The position numbers were made by a program, and so were the translations under genes. A stretch of DNA of 64,000 bases from a virus (lineage: Duplodnaviria > Heunggongvirae > Uroviricota > Caudoviricetes). The stretch covers positions 256,001-320,000 of IMG/VR virus record IMGVR_UViG_3300015615_000629. One strand, written 5' to 3'. Numbering within the stretch: the first letter of the stretch is position 1; each line of letters opens with the position of its first letter. The notes beneath the pieces were generated by a model that saw only the letters and a program-made list of their open reading frames with translations, did no database searches and was not told the DNA's origin. Positions 49,307 through 60,063 of this stretch are shown here, one piece after another.

Positions 49307-49768
49307 TTATAATGTAATTTCTTGTAGAGTGTTTCTATAATTAGCTTTCTCTCCTAAGTTAAAATAAGGAGGTGCTGAGAATTTGCTTTCCCACAGATAG
49401 TTTATTATGTAGTCTACTGCGTCGGAGGGAATCTGTTTTACTATTAAGTTACGTTTATAATCTTCTCCAAGACAAATACCACCGCCGCAACACAACCATC
49501 CTGGTTCATCATAAAAATATTCATTATTTTTATCGAACAATAAGACGCTTATGTTTAGGGCGTAAAAAGTATTTTTGTTGCATTGTCTTAATAATATCTG
49601 ATAAAAACACCCTGGAATATCCCGATAAAATGCCTCTGTATAGAATTCGCAAGATAAGGCAAAGACGGTTCGTTTTCTTGGTGGCTCATGGACATGAGCC
49701 CAAAAATATTCTTCCGGTCTACCGCTAGCGGAATAATATTTTATCGTTCGTTTTTGGATTATATTCAT
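49307..49768 (-). CDS. Prok-E2_D-like paralogue 12 (divergent)
   Basis: PPRKRT..IPG..GGICLG..INYLWESKF. Confidence 0.5.
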   Translation of the reverse strand: MNIIQKRTIKYYSASGRPEEYFWAHVHEPPRKRTVFALSCEFYTEAFYRDIPGCFYQILLRQCNKNTFYALNISVLLFDKNNEYFYDEPGWLCCGGGICLGEDYKRNLIVKQIPSDAVDYIINYLWESKFSAPPYFNLGEKANYRNTLQEITL

Positions 49769-49773
49769 CTGTT

Positions 49774-50331
49774 TTACTTTTTGAATTGGGCCAAGATTTT
49801 TCTACAATGTTTAGCGATTAGTTCTATATCTGGTTCACCTGCTTGGTGCCAAAATATTCTGCCTTCGATAGTACAAAATTCTGATATACTATATTCAATT
49901 AGTGGGGATTGGCACACGAAAATAAGGTCGCTTGATACGATGGGTTGAAGAACATTACGCTCGCGTTTAATAGGCTTTGTAAGTTTCTTTGCTATTTTAT
50001 AGAAAGCCTTTTCCTTTTTAAGGTCTGTTAAATATGCTCTTAACTGAAATTCTCTATTGCTCCAACTGGAATAATTCGAACAAATAGTTCCTCTAACCAA
50101 CCACGAAGGGTCTTTCAACAAATATGGTTGATAACCTTGAGCAGCGGCATTGTGTGTCGCCGCCAATAGGTCTTTTCTATATTTTGAAAAACTTTTCAAT
50201 ATTGGATCGTCGGTTTTCTTATCGACAATACTATTTTCGAGTTGTTCTAGGATGAATTCTGGATCGCTAGCCCAAGATGCAAGTCTGGACATCGACCATT
50301 GTTCGGCTATTTTGTCGAATTCTTTGTCCAT
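49774..50331 (-). CDS. Hypothetical protein
   Basis: 185 aa ORF. Confidence 0.55.
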   Translation of the reverse strand: MDKEFDKIAEQWSMSRLASWASDPEFILEQLENSIVDKKTDDPILKSFSKYRKDLLAATHNAAAQGYQPYLLKDPSWLVRGTICSNYSSWSNREFQLRAYLTDLKKEKAFYKIAKKLTKPIKRERNVLQPIVSSDLIFVCQSPLIEYSISEFCTIEGRIFWHQAGEPDIELIAKHCRKILAQFKK

Positions 50332-50615
50332 GTGTCTAGCTTATCCTTTAAGCGGGCAAAGGCTTCATCGGCAGGATATAAGTCACCACGATTTGCCTGA
50401 TCGATACCGGCTTGCACATCGTCGCGTAAATTATTTTTGCCATACAGATTTATTGCCAACAAACAAGCACAGACCGCCATGCAATAGATGCCGACGGAGA
50501 CAGGAATTTCAAAATAGGGAATTTCATACATACCCATTACAACTGTTCCTAAAAGGCCGATTAGGAACAGTTGTAAACCTAAGAATCCAAGAAAGGAGGC
50601 TCGTTTGAGTTTCAT
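50307..50615 (-). CDS. Membrane protein with a ParD-like C-terminal segment
   Basis: Two TM helices then LRDDVQAGIDQANRGDLYPADEAFARLK. Confidence 0.45.
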   Translation of the reverse strand: MKLKRASFLGFLGLQLFLIGLLGTVVMGMYEIPYFEIPVSVGIYCMAVCACLLAINLYGKNNLRDDVQAGIDQANRGDLYPADEAFARLKDKLDTWTKNSTK

Positions 50616-50629
50616 GTTTTTACCCCATT

Positions 50630-51088
50630 TTACTTCAATTCATTAGCAATGGCTTCCAATTCCATCTTAGCCCGCAATTCAGGGCTGATGATTGCATTGA
50701 GCCTTGTTTCGAGTGTGGCAAGCTTCTTTTTCTTGGCAGTGATTTGGATTCTGGTAATCCTTACCTTAATATCTTCAAGCCAATCACCTACGGTAAAGCC
50801 TTGCCAAGTGAATTCGGGCGGTTCTGTGACGCCAAGAGCCTTGGCGGCTGTATCGTAGGTCTTTTCCTTTTCAGCAAGGAATGCCGCAATACAGATTAAT
50901 TTGCGGACATCGCTTTCGACCTGCAAATTAGTTGCATCGGAGCCGCGTTCTGTATAAGAGAAAGAACAGTTGGTAGCAAAAACAGAACGTTCCGCCTTTG
51001 AAATTTCTTTCTTCTGGCGGGCAACTTCTGCAATTAGTTGCAGAGTTGTTTCGTCGGTTGTACCTTTTGCAGCCTTTACTTTGGCCAT
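50630..51088 (-). CDS. Hypothetical coiled-coil phage protein
   Basis: Likely start MAKVK; TNCSF..W..DI..LE..L..L.S.E..L. Confidence 0.6.
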   Translation of the reverse strand: MAKVKAAKGTTDETTLQLIAEVARQKKEISKAERSVFATNCSFSYTERGSDATNLQVESDVRKLICIAAFLAEKEKTYDTAAKALGVTEPPEFTWQGFTVGDWLEDIKVRITRIQITAKKKKLATLETRLNAIISPELRAKMELEAIANELK

Positions 51089-51089
51089 T

Positions 51090-52202
51090 TTAGCCGATTT
51101 CCTTTCTGTTGTCGTCGTTGTAGTAACGGGGATTGTAACCGGTTTGTCCAACTTTGAACTTTTGGCCGCTTTCCAATTCTACCCAAAGTTCTTGTTTGGT
51201 AGGTTCAACATATTCGTGTGTTGTTGTCTGGCTTCCGTAACTACGGCGTCCAGATTTAAACCAATATTGGTTTATTCTGTCAAAGACTAACATGTCATCT
51301 TTGATAGAAACTCTGAAGTTAAATGTTATTTGTTGTCCGTAATAGTGATCGTTGTAAGAATTACATTGGACATAGGTTCCTTCCGATTCTTGATATGTCC
51401 ATACACGTTCATTTTCGGCCTTTTTGGTAAAGAGCCTTACGGGCTTAGAACCATATTTAGTTTTATTGTATTTTTGGACAAGTTCGGCATAATTCGGAAC
51501 AATTATGTCGGATTGAATTGCCGCAATGTTTTTAGGTTCAACGAAAGCAAAGCCGGCTTTATCCCAACTTTCTTTTCCTTTTTCTCGCCAAAACACATGC
51601 TTGTGTTCGCTTTTCCCTTCATATTTACCATCAATATTTGTTCTAATTGAATGTCTAACGAACCTTCCAAGGTAAATCAGAGGTTCTTGTTTCTTGTTAA
51701 TATAAGTTGCTCCTGGGATTAGGTCTTTCGCCTTTACAGAAACCGTCTGTAATTCTGTAAAGTTCTTGGAATTCTTGTATTCTTGGGAATTCTCTGGGAG
51801 TAACACCAATTCCGTTCCACTCCAAGAATACACGAAATTACCTTCTAATCCCTTGCCTTTGCTACAGTTACATTCTCTTAGGATAAAGAGAAGATTAGCA
51901 AGAGAGATTTCGAACTCAAAATCTCTGGGATCGTAGACACGAATATATTCATTGCGGGCGTTCCAACCATAACTTTCGCGTGCTCCACCGACACCCTTAT
52001 TAAGAACAAAACCGGATGTAGGCGTATTTTCAAATTCAAGCGGCTTGATCTTGTGGTCTCGCCAAGATTGCCATGACTTTTCTTTCCTCAATACACCTTT
52101 CTTATCATAATAAATAACATAAGCTAGTTTGCCTGTATAAGTTCCTTGGCGATTTTGAAAACCAACATTGATCTTATCGGGGATGATGAGTTGGTCTTTC
52201 AT
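51090..52202 (-). CDS. Hypothetical phage protein
   Basis: 370 aa; IPDKINVGFQ..KLAYVIYYD..DPRDFEFEIS. Confidence 0.7.
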   Translation of the reverse strand: MKDQLIIPDKINVGFQNRQGTYTGKLAYVIYYDKKGVLRKEKSWQSWRDHKIKPLEFENTPTSGFVLNKGVGGARESYGWNARNEYIRVYDPRDFEFEISLANLLFILRECNCSKGKGLEGNFVYSWSGTELVLLPENSQEYKNSKNFTELQTVSVKAKDLIPGATYINKKQEPLIYLGRFVRHSIRTNIDGKYEGKSEHKHVFWREKGKESWDKAGFAFVEPKNIAAIQSDIIVPNYAELVQKYNKTKYGSKPVRLFTKKAENERVWTYQESEGTYVQCNSYNDHYYGQQITFNFRVSIKDDMLVFDRINQYWFKSGRRSYGSQTTTHEYVEPTKQELWVELESGQKFKVGQTGYNPRYYNDDNRKEIG

Positions 52203-52624
52203 TTCAAATTTCCTTATGCTGGATTACACGCCAAATGTGTTTCATTTCTGGCATTTCTAAAGAAACGAGAATGCAATCTTCGAGTGGCTTAACCACGCCT
52301 TCTGGGAAGGCTTCTTTTAATTGTTGAACAACTTCATCAACGGTCGATTCAGTGTTGTTTATACGATTGGCTATTTCTAGCAGGGGTTTGGGACATGGGG
52401 CGGCGGCACCTGCCCGGCCTGGGTGAGGATTGTAGAAGAATTTGGTATGTTGTGAGTGTCCAGCCATAAGTCAGCCGCCTTACCAGTTGCAACAAAGAGT
52501 TGAAATTTAAACAATCTTAAATCGAAAGCCCAATTGGACAAAGCCGTGTAATGGTGCTTCCAATTTACTTTCTTTGTTTTTGAATAATCTTTCTTGTCTC
52601 TTAGAGAGTGAAAACAGACTAGCA

Positions 52625-53032
52625 TTAGTTGAACCTATGTTTTAGGATTCGTTCGTAGGATTCTGTTGCTTTTACAAATTTATTTTTTGCTAAATTCGGA
52701 TTTTCTAGATTCTTATCGGGGTGATAAGCCACTTGCAACTGCCTATATTTGGATTCTAAATCTTCTTTAGAAGAGTTTGGATTTAACCCTAGATTTTGAT
52801 AATCGTTTTCTAAAAGGTTTTGAGGTGCGTCGGCAAGTTCGTTTATCATCCTCTCTAAATCCGCCATTTCTCTGGCGTGGATAGTGTTCAATTTGTGAGT
52901 TATGTAGATAATAACTCCTATGACGGCTGTGGTTGCTGCAGTTATGGTAAAATTAACCCAATCTCCGGTAAATAATGAATTTGTGGCTAAAGCAATTACA
53001 AAAATTAATGCAATAAGGATGACAACAATCAT
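52625..53032 (-). CDS. Membrane-anchored DnaJ (J-domain) protein
   Basis: Two TM helices; YQNLGL..YRQL...YHPDKN..F....SYE. Confidence 0.85.
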   Translation of the reverse strand: MIVVILIALIFVIALATNSLFTGDWVNFTITAATTAVIGVIIYITHKLNTIHAREMADLERMINELADAPQNLLENDYQNLGLNPNSSKEDLESKYRQLQVAYHPDKNLENPNLAKNKFVKATESYERILKHRFN

Positions 53033-53523
53033 TCTTTGACTTCTTTTAAATCATCTGAAATACAGACTAAGCAACGTATAAAAGCCTCAATAGGCATGGT
53101 CTGTTTAGTTGCGGGTGATATCCACACATCGCATCCGCATTTTCCACAACGTCCAACAGAGGCGTTAGGTACGGCACTTGGGCCGAACTTGCACGGCATA
53201 CAAACGCAAATTAACTCCCCTTTTGCTGCATTGTCGTCGATTTCTTTTTGATCGACAACTTGGATTCCGATAGATTCTAGGTTCGTAATGCCTTTAGCGG
53301 CAAGTTCAGCGGCTTGTAGTTGGCTTATTCCGATTGGTTCGTTGGGGTCGATTTTGTCCATTTAAAGTAATCCTCTCCAATGATGAAATCTAAGAAAAAT
53401 GAACAAATCCCAATAGAAATAGAGGCCAACATAAACCTAAAGTTAAAAAGAAAAGCCCCGGCGAATAGTAATATAACCATTACTACCACCAGGGCTTCGC
53501 TAAACAACGATAAGGATTTAACC

Positions 53524-54306
53524 CTATTTCTTCCAGACTTTAATATCTGCAAGTTTCCGACCTTCAAAAACATTGTTGGAACCTTCTGGAAGATTCGCAC
53601 AATTCAACGATACGGTTTCTTCTACCGGAACATCTGCCTGATCAGCAAGGTTTGCTACCTTTTCTGTATCCATTGAATACAGATTAGCCGTATTCAAAAC
53701 GCCTCTGCTGCGGGCACCGTAAAACGCTTTCTTGGAGTAGGCTGCCTTGCCCAAATCCGTAGCTGCTGCCATCGGTGTAGCGTTATTATAGCACGCTACA
53801 TTACCAAATCCAAGTCCCACGGATTTTACAAATTCGTAAATTTGCCCTTGGTCGCAACCAAGGAAAGAAATCGTCCACCTTCCGGTCGCTTCGCATTTCG
53901 CAATCAGGTTTTTGACGTCTTCGGGCTTGTAATTGCACTGATGGATCGGAACCGTATTTTCACCATCAGTAATAATAACAACCAGATAGGCACATTCCTT
54001 ATCACCCTCGGTAAGGGCTTCCAGGTTTTGGATGGAATAGCCAACGGCATCAAACAGGGCTGTAGAGCCAACAGGTTGATAATCGTTCAAGGTGGCACGT
54101 TTAATCTCGCTCACAGGGACAAGCCACTTGTGTTCGAAAACTTGTCCGTTAAACGTGACCAAAGAAGCATCAATTTCTTGTTCTTCGGCATTTAAACGAG
54201 CTTGGTCAACTTCTTCGTTGAAGAAATTAACTGCAACCTCTCTTCGACTCTCCATCGAGGATGAAGAATCTAAAACAATCAGCAAATGAGTACGTGGTTT
54301 CGACAT
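53524..54306 (-). CDS. VWA domain protein
   Basis: LDSSSSM, GSTALFDA, ITDGEN MIDAS motifs. Confidence 0.85.
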   Translation of the reverse strand: MSKPRTHLLIVLDSSSSMESRREVAVNFFNEEVDQARLNAEEQEIDASLVTFNGQVFEHKWLVPVSEIKRATLNDYQPVGSTALFDAVGYSIQNLEALTEGDKECAYLVVIITDGENTVPIHQCNYKPEDVKNLIAKCEATGRWTISFLGCDQGQIYEFVKSVGLGFGNVACYNNATPMAAATDLGKAAYSKKAFYGARSRGVLNTANLYSMDTEKVANLADQADVPVEETVSLNCANLPEGSNNVFEGRKLADIKVWKK

Positions 54307-54340
54307 TGAGTTTTTCCTTTTCTTTGAAATTTGAAAAATA

Positions 54341-54367
54341 CAGGAGGGAGTAATGTCCTCCCTCCTG
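54341..54367 (-). terminator. Intrinsic terminator-like hairpin
   Basis: caggagggag-N7-ctccctcctg followed by tatttt on the minus strand. Confidence 0.6.
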
Positions 54368-54378
54368 ATAATTGGTTT

Positions 54379-55416
54379 TTACTTATCCTTGGGCGACCAC
54401 AACGAGTAGGTCATGTTCCCAAACGGACGGTACTTCATATCATTGGTAGTCCATGTCCAAGACGGTTGATCCACGACTAGGGGAACCACTTTTCGTGGAC
54501 GAAACTCTACCTTCTTCTTATCGGAAAAAGGGCCGCCGAAGACTCCCTCCTTAACGAGTCTCAACGGCATGATAAGATTAGGGAGTTTGTTTAACTTAAC
54601 CAATTCGTCAAACCGGACAGCGGCTTGCTTGTAACGAACCCTCAATTTCTTAAGGGCATCGTTGTCCATGCACAAATCAATCAGATTATGAGCACGGTCA
54701 AGCCCGCCATTTTCAGTAACATTAAGTTCGTGGCTCTCCAAAGCCAATCGAACCAATTGACGAATCTTTAAATCAATTCCAGCCCAAGATCGGCCAGTTT
54801 GATCGCAAGTGCCATCCGGTCGTAAAGGACGCCCAGGATAAAGCGGATTTTCATCAGCAAAGGCATCCGGAAGGTCGGTAATTTTATAAACCGCCCTAAC
54901 GTCACCATCTACGGTAACGGTATCTCTCCCAGGATATCCTTTTTGGATTTCCTTCAAGATTTCAACCGTCTTGTCGATGTTTACAGAACCATCATCCTGA
55001 TAAACAACAAATTTAAAACCTTTGGAAATCTCCGTAAGTCGTTTCACAACCGGAGAATCCAAATTTTCCAAATTAGCCGCAAATGCTGCTACCAATTCGG
55101 CAACAGTCATTTTATCGGCTTTTTTGGTCGAGACATAAACCTTTGCAGGAGTAGTCTCTTCGTTTTCGTTACGCAAGAGATGCGTAACCTGCTTCGCCAG
55201 CAGAATCGGCTTTACTTTCAGAGTGTTAGGAAAACACTCAAGAATGTCTTCGTAGCGGAGCCTTTTGAGGCTTTCAAGATTCCCGCCCAAAGACTTAATG
55301 TTGTTCAGGACTTCGTTGGCGTCGAAGGTATTTACATTCCCTTCGCCTAACACCCGAACATGTTCTTGCAGGGCTGTAGAAACAGCACCATACCTGTCGT
55401 CTAGCGACATTACCAT
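54379..55416 (-). CDS. Hypothetical protein
   Basis: 345 aa, AAGGAG RBS, own promoter. Confidence 0.7.
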   Translation of the reverse strand: MVMSLDDRYGAVSTALQEHVRVLGEGNVNTFDANEVLNNIKSLGGNLESLKRLRYEDILECFPNTLKVKPILLAKQVTHLLRNENEETTPAKVYVSTKKADKMTVAELVAAFAANLENLDSPVVKRLTEISKGFKFVVYQDDGSVNIDKTVEILKEIQKGYPGRDTVTVDGDVRAVYKITDLPDAFADENPLYPGRPLRPDGTCDQTGRSWAGIDLKIRQLVRLALESHELNVTENGGLDRAHNLIDLCMDNDALKKLRVRYKQAAVRFDELVKLNKLPNLIMPLRLVKEGVFGGPFSDKKKVEFRPRKVVPLVVDQPSWTWTTNDMKYRPFGNMTYSLWSPKDK

Positions 55417-55487
55417 AGCAATCTCCTTTTTTTACGGTAGCTCGTTCGCTACCAAACTCGTCGCAGCACTATTGCTGCCACAATCGG

Positions 55488-55515
55488 ATTCTAGCATAGT
55501 AGAGTAGTTTGTCAA
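55488..55515 (-). promoter_or_regulatory. Sigma70-like promoter TTGACA-N16-TAGAAT
   Basis: Minus strand ttgacaaactactctactatgctagaat. Confidence 0.65.
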
Positions 55516-56150
55516 CCAACTTTTTGGAAATTTTTTCTGATGCCCTTTAACTCCATTTCACCAGCCAAAGACATTATCAAGAGAAGAATTGGGGTTGTAA
55601 AATATCCGTAATAAATTGCCAGCGGAGTTAATGACAAAAATAATAATTGACCCAACCTTACCGCATATTTTGTAGACCTCTCCAGGTCGTTAAATACCAT
55701 ATATAGTAGCGAACGATAAATTCGACCACCATCCATAGGAAAACAAGGCAGTAAATTGAATATAAACAAAGCGATATTTATACCGCCAATTTGGAGTAAT
55801 ATTTTCCAATCAGTTAATGCCCACAAAGGTAAAAACAGGGTTGCCAATGCAACGTTCACCAATGGGCCAGCGATAGCAATAAAGAATTCTTTTTGCCCTG
55901 TGTAATTGTTTGAAATATCGACTTGGGCAATACCTCCAATGGGATATAATGTTACATCCCCTGTTTTTGCACCATATTTTTGGCCTGCATAAATGTGCCC
56001 AAACTCATGCAAAAGGACACTCGCTAAAGCAATGGTATAGATTAACCCTAAGTCAACAGATATAGTGTATAAAAGAGCAACATAAAATACTGTTGTCCAA
56101 TGAATAGTAACTTTAGTATTAAACAATCCTTCAAATGTAAATGTAAACAT
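55512..56150 (-). CDS. Site-2 protease (peptidase M50)
   Basis: HEFGH, AGPLVN, NLLPCFPMDGG. Confidence 0.9.
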   Translation of the reverse strand: MFTFTFEGLFNTKVTIHWTTVFYVALLYTISVDLGLIYTIALASVLLHEFGHIYAGQKYGAKTGDVTLYPIGGIAQVDISNNYTGQKEFFIAIAGPLVNVALATLFLPLWALTDWKILLQIGGINIALFIFNLLPCFPMDGGRIYRSLLYMVFNDLERSTKYAVRLGQLLFLSLTPLAIYYGYFTTPILLLIMSLAGEMELKGIRKNFQKVG

Positions 56151-56587
56151 TACCTTACCTTTTTGACTACGGCGGCGACATCGGCACTATTTACCATAGC
56201 GTCTGACGCTTTCAGTAATTTCATTGCCATTCCGATGGCTTTTCCCTCGGAATCCAGACTTTTCAATTCATTTTCATGTGGTTTTAGGAAATCAAGTATA
56301 TCCTCTTGGCTCAAATATGTTGGAAGCAAATTTTGCAAAATTCGGTTTTCTTCAACCAACTTGTCAGAATGACTTTTTGAAAGTAGGGCTTCGTTTGACT
56401 CAATGGTCTTTGTTATAATTTTGTAGACTTGTTCGTCTGTAACAGCCTTTTTAGTTCGGGTTTCAAGCAATTGAGTCTCGCCCAAAACATATCGCAAAAT
56501 AGTCTTTTCTTGTTCATTTTTCTGAATAAGTGCTGTCTTGATTAGGGACTTAAGTTTTTCAATCATCATTTTGAGATTCCTTTGCAA
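56150..56587 (-). CDS. GatB/YqeY domain protein
   Basis: L...IK.A...K...LR..L..E..IL..LLP..LS..IGMAMK.L...V...V. Confidence 0.75.
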   Translation of the reverse strand: MQRNLKMMIEKLKSLIKTALIQKNEQEKTILRYVLGETQLLETRTKKAVTDEQVYKIITKTIESNEALLSKSHSDKLVEENRILQNLLPTYLSQEDILDFLKPHENELKSLDSEGKAIGMAMKLLKASDAMVNSADVAAVVKKVR

Positions 56588-57116
56588 AGATTTTTGCGAA
56601 CAATATATGGGTTTTGTATTCGTCTATAAGATATTCATGGTCATCCCTGCCGACACCAGTTATAGTTTCTTGGATTGTGATTTGTTTATCTCTGTTATTA
56701 CGCCACTCCGGTATTTTACGGCAGACTGTTTTCGTAAGGTCGAAATCATCGAGATATTCGTATCTTTTTGCAACTTCTTCTAGTTTCTTCATTTGATATC
56801 TTGATAAATCACTGACGCCTGGGTCGTTTATTAAACGAATCATATATCTGGTTTTCTGAATAAATTCAGACCAATCGGCAATGGCTAAATCATAACCGTT
56901 AATGATATCAAGAACGTCTTTATTAATCGGGCCACGATGGGTGCCTACACAAATCCCGCCACAAACTGGAAGTCCAGATTCTTTAATAGATTCTCTATCC
57001 GCGATATAAAGCAGCTGACAGGCTCTTATTTCGGGTAAGGTTCTTGTTTCTTCACGCCGTAACAAAACAGATAACGCTTGCAGGGCTTGTCTACTATTAA
57101 TTGGTAAGTATTTCAA
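56559..57116 (-). CDS. Panacea/SocA (DUF4065)-like antitoxin, orphan
   Basis: LLYIADRES..G.P....HRGP...LS......L..V...PEW. Confidence 0.7.
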   Translation of the reverse strand: MKYLPINSRQALQALSVLLRREETRTLPEIRACQLLYIADRESIKESGLPVCGGICVGTHRGPINKDVLDIINGYDLAIADWSEFIQKTRYMIRLINDPGVSDLSRYQMKKLEEVAKRYEYLDDFDLTKTVCRKIPEWRNNRDKQITIQETITGVGRDDHEYLIDEYKTHILFAKIFAKESQNDD

Positions 57117-57410
57117 GATAGCCGATTCCTTTGCAAATATCGCATCCTATAGATTTACAGTGGTCGCAGACTTTATAAATTTTGTCGTCGGGATTGTCAT
57201 AGAGGCTTTCAGGTGCCCTTTTCTTTACCAGATAAAGGTTGCCTGTTTTCCACGGCTCAAAGAACAATTCCACGTCTTCATAAAGAAAGATTGGAGACGA
57301 TTTGTACTTTCTAGTACCTATCGCCTTATCATCTGGTTCCCCTAATGTAGAGATTACCTCTTCCCTTGTCAAGGAAGGGCAATCAAGTATCCACTCTTTT
57401 AAAATTTGGT

Positions 57411-57860
57411 TCATGGTAGAGTAACGTTCATAGGAACGGCAATCCCATTAGAGACTGGAATTTCTTCCATAATTTCCAGCCTTTTATTTCTGAATATATC
57501 TTGGATTACGGCTGCGTGTCCACTGCTTATAACATAAGATGGACTTATATCGAAACTGGAAAACCAAAAATCATCTACAATGTGATGAAAACCAACTCTT
57601 CGACTACAAATACAGTAATCTCTTCCTATATGTGGCAGCCCAGAATGAAAAACTTGTATTTCTTTGCCTTGCGGTTTGTTTTTCAATAAACCGAAGTAAA
57701 CCACTCCAAATTCATTGCCCCAAAACATGCTCCACGGAACTTCAATAGAAACCTTTTTGATAAGGTTGTAGCTACCAAAAGAACTAGAACCTATAACTGT
57801 TAAGGTTCTAGTTCTTGGCGGACAAACCAGATAATCTTCCACAATATAAGGAAAATTCAT
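57411..57860 (-). CDS. Prok-E2_D-like paralogue 13
   Basis: PRTRT..VPWSMF..HSGLPHI..ICS..VDDFWFSSF. Confidence 0.55.
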   Translation of the reverse strand: MNFPYIVEDYLVCPPRTRTLTVIGSSSFGSYNLIKKVSIEVPWSMFWGNEFGVVYFGLLKNKPQGKEIQVFHSGLPHIGRDYCICSRRVGFHHIVDDFWFSSFDISPSYVISSGHAAVIQDIFRNKRLEIMEEIPVSNGIAVPMNVTLP

Positions 57861-58160
57861 TTTAATCCTTTAAGGTGCCATTTTAGAAATTTGAAAATAA
57901 TTAAATTACAAAATGTTCTGGTAAACGAAGGACTAGTATCAACCGCTTCCGCGATTTGGTCAGCCCAAAATCGGCTTAATCCCATATCGGTTGCCGCTTG
58001 TCTGTATTGCATCCCAATATATTTTTTCTTATTTTTTAGGTAACACAACCCATTAATAGGACAAAAATGTTCTCCATCAATCACCATTCGCAGATAAGTA
58101 ACCGATCCATAATGGATGGTTTCCCACTGGACGTTTAGACGTTTAATTTCTCTAAGAAAT

Positions 58161-58817
58161 TTAAATATCGTCATTTTTTTGTTCTTCTAGATTTTCGGCT
58201 AATTCTTTCTTTAGTTCATCTATAATTTCCGCTTTTCTTTTCAGATCTTCCAGCCAAGAAAGCGTTTTAATTTTGCTCATCCACAAGCCGTGTTGTGGGT
58301 TTTTCTTGGGAAGTACACCTTTAGCGACTAGACCTTCTTTAAGGTCGTATTCACCATTTCTAACATCTTGAATAAGTTTTTTGTTAAAATTGCCTTCGTA
58401 GACTACTTTCGGTATCTTTAGGTGTCCAAATTTCTTTATAAAGTCTCTAGGCAGAATGAAGCCTTTTTTCATCAAATTTATATCTAATAGAACAACTTCA
58501 TGTTCTTCTTCAAAGTTATGCCAACCAGCAATACTAGAAGGCCCGAAGAACTCACAATAGGCAATAAAGTTATCGATTCGATATTCTGATTTGACTATCT
58601 TCGGAAGTGCGTCACCATAAGTTTCTAGAAATAATGGTATAGCTTTGCTGAATTCAGGGTCGTTTTTGTCAAAAAGTCGGTGTCTTGTTCCAAACTTATC
58701 CCAGCCACGCTTTTTAGAGTATTCAAAGCGTAGATTGCTCCCGTCATATTTGTAGAAACATATGCAGGGACTTCTAGGGGCTTTATTCGGCCCTGGGATT
58801 GACAGATAGGCTTTCAT
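58161..58817 (-). CDS. RNA ligase-like nucleotidyltransferase (single domain)
   Basis: KYDGSN (motif I), CEFFG, LDI, EGLVAK (IV), KIKT (V). Confidence 0.75.
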   Translation of the reverse strand: MKAYLSIPGPNKAPRSPCICFYKYDGSNLRFEYSKKRGWDKFGTRHRLFDKNDPEFSKAIPLFLETYGDALPKIVKSEYRIDNFIAYCEFFGPSSIAGWHNFEEEHEVVLLDINLMKKGFILPRDFIKKFGHLKIPKVVYEGNFNKKLIQDVRNGEYDLKEGLVAKGVLPKKNPQHGLWMSKIKTLSWLEDLKRKAEIIDELKKELAENLEEQKNDDI

Positions 58818-59231
58818 AGCAACTCACGTATCTTCTTCATTCTTTCAAGTAATGCTCTGTTTTCTTTTTGTAAACGATAATATTCGTTTTGAATTGCATC
58901 TACTCTTTCAGGACGGATTCTTACATACGTAAAACCTTGGGAATCAACCGGCCACGTGTGGCCAGTTCTCTCATAGCAAATTTCAAACCCTTCTGGCAAG
59001 GCGTCGAAAAGTGCTTCTTGATCGGCGAGCCATTCGGTATGGTGTTCCGAATCTCCCTTCGGATCAGAGGCATAAACCCCGGAATAGGGCAACTTAACCC
59101 GCATCATGAATTCTGGGGATGGTTTAGCCATTTAATGGAATCCTTGCTTCAACAAATCCAGGGGTTCCACGCAATTTTCCCAGCATTTGGAAGTCCTCAA
59201 ATAATGGAAAAAGAGCCGTATATACTGTAGC

Positions 59232-59876
59232 ATGAATTCTCTATTTTGTAAAATCGCTTTTTTAGTGGCTATGGTTTTGGTGGTTTTAGCAATCGCTGAA
59301 CCATTAATTACAGACAGATTCACAGAAACCGAAATAGAAGAAAAACCGGTTGAACAACCAACTGAAGAAAAAATTTGTGGGCCTGTAGAAGTGCCAGTTT
59401 CATTCCCTGATACAACTCGTCCAGCGATAGAATATTTGCTGCCAGGACAGATAATAACTGTTCCCTGCAATATCATTATTCAAAGCAGATTTATGCATGG
59501 TTATTGGTTAGACGAAAAAAGAGAATATATTTTCAACATTTATATGAATTCGATATCCGACCCAAGATTAGTTAAAAAAGACACTAAACTTATAATAAAA
59601 AGTATAGTTCCGGATGGAGCCAATATAAGCGGAACTATTTTTGGTTGCGGTAAAAATACACTTATGCTAGAAGTGGTGTCTTCCGAATCTAGACAAAAAA
59701 TGTATGTGTCTGTTATTGTTGGAAAAATTGGATTAATACAAAAAAGCGACTATTCTGAATCTTATTTTTATAGATTACATATTTCCGACACTAGAGAAGC
59801 GACAATAAATGATATTTTAGCATATTCAAAAATACTTCATATTCCTGGCCAAGATAACATAGAAGAGATCAAATAG
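59232..59876 (+). CDS. Secreted/membrane hypothetical protein
   Basis: N-terminal hydrophobic helix; GTATATAC box upstream. Confidence 0.6.
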   Translation: MNSLFCKIAFLVAMVLVVLAIAEPLITDRFTETEIEEKPVEQPTEEKICGPVEVPVSFPDTTRPAIEYLLPGQIITVPCNIIIQSRFMHGYWLDEKREYIFNIYMNSISDPRLVKKDTKLIIKSIVPDGANISGTIFGCGKNTLMLEVVSSESRQKMYVSVIVGKIGLIQKSDYSESYFYRLHISDTREATINDILAYSKILHIPGQDNIEEIK

Positions 59877-60063
59877 TTACTCATCTTCCATTTTCCAACC
59901 TTCTGGTTTCCACCAGTCGGAAGGATCGGGAGAATCTTTTGTTGGCGGTTTGAATTTTAAAATAGCACTAGTCAAAGAATCAGAGAACATCATAAGTGCT
60001 GTTATGGTCAATAAGATACCACATCCCATTCCTAATATAAACCAAACCAGTTCTAATAACATA

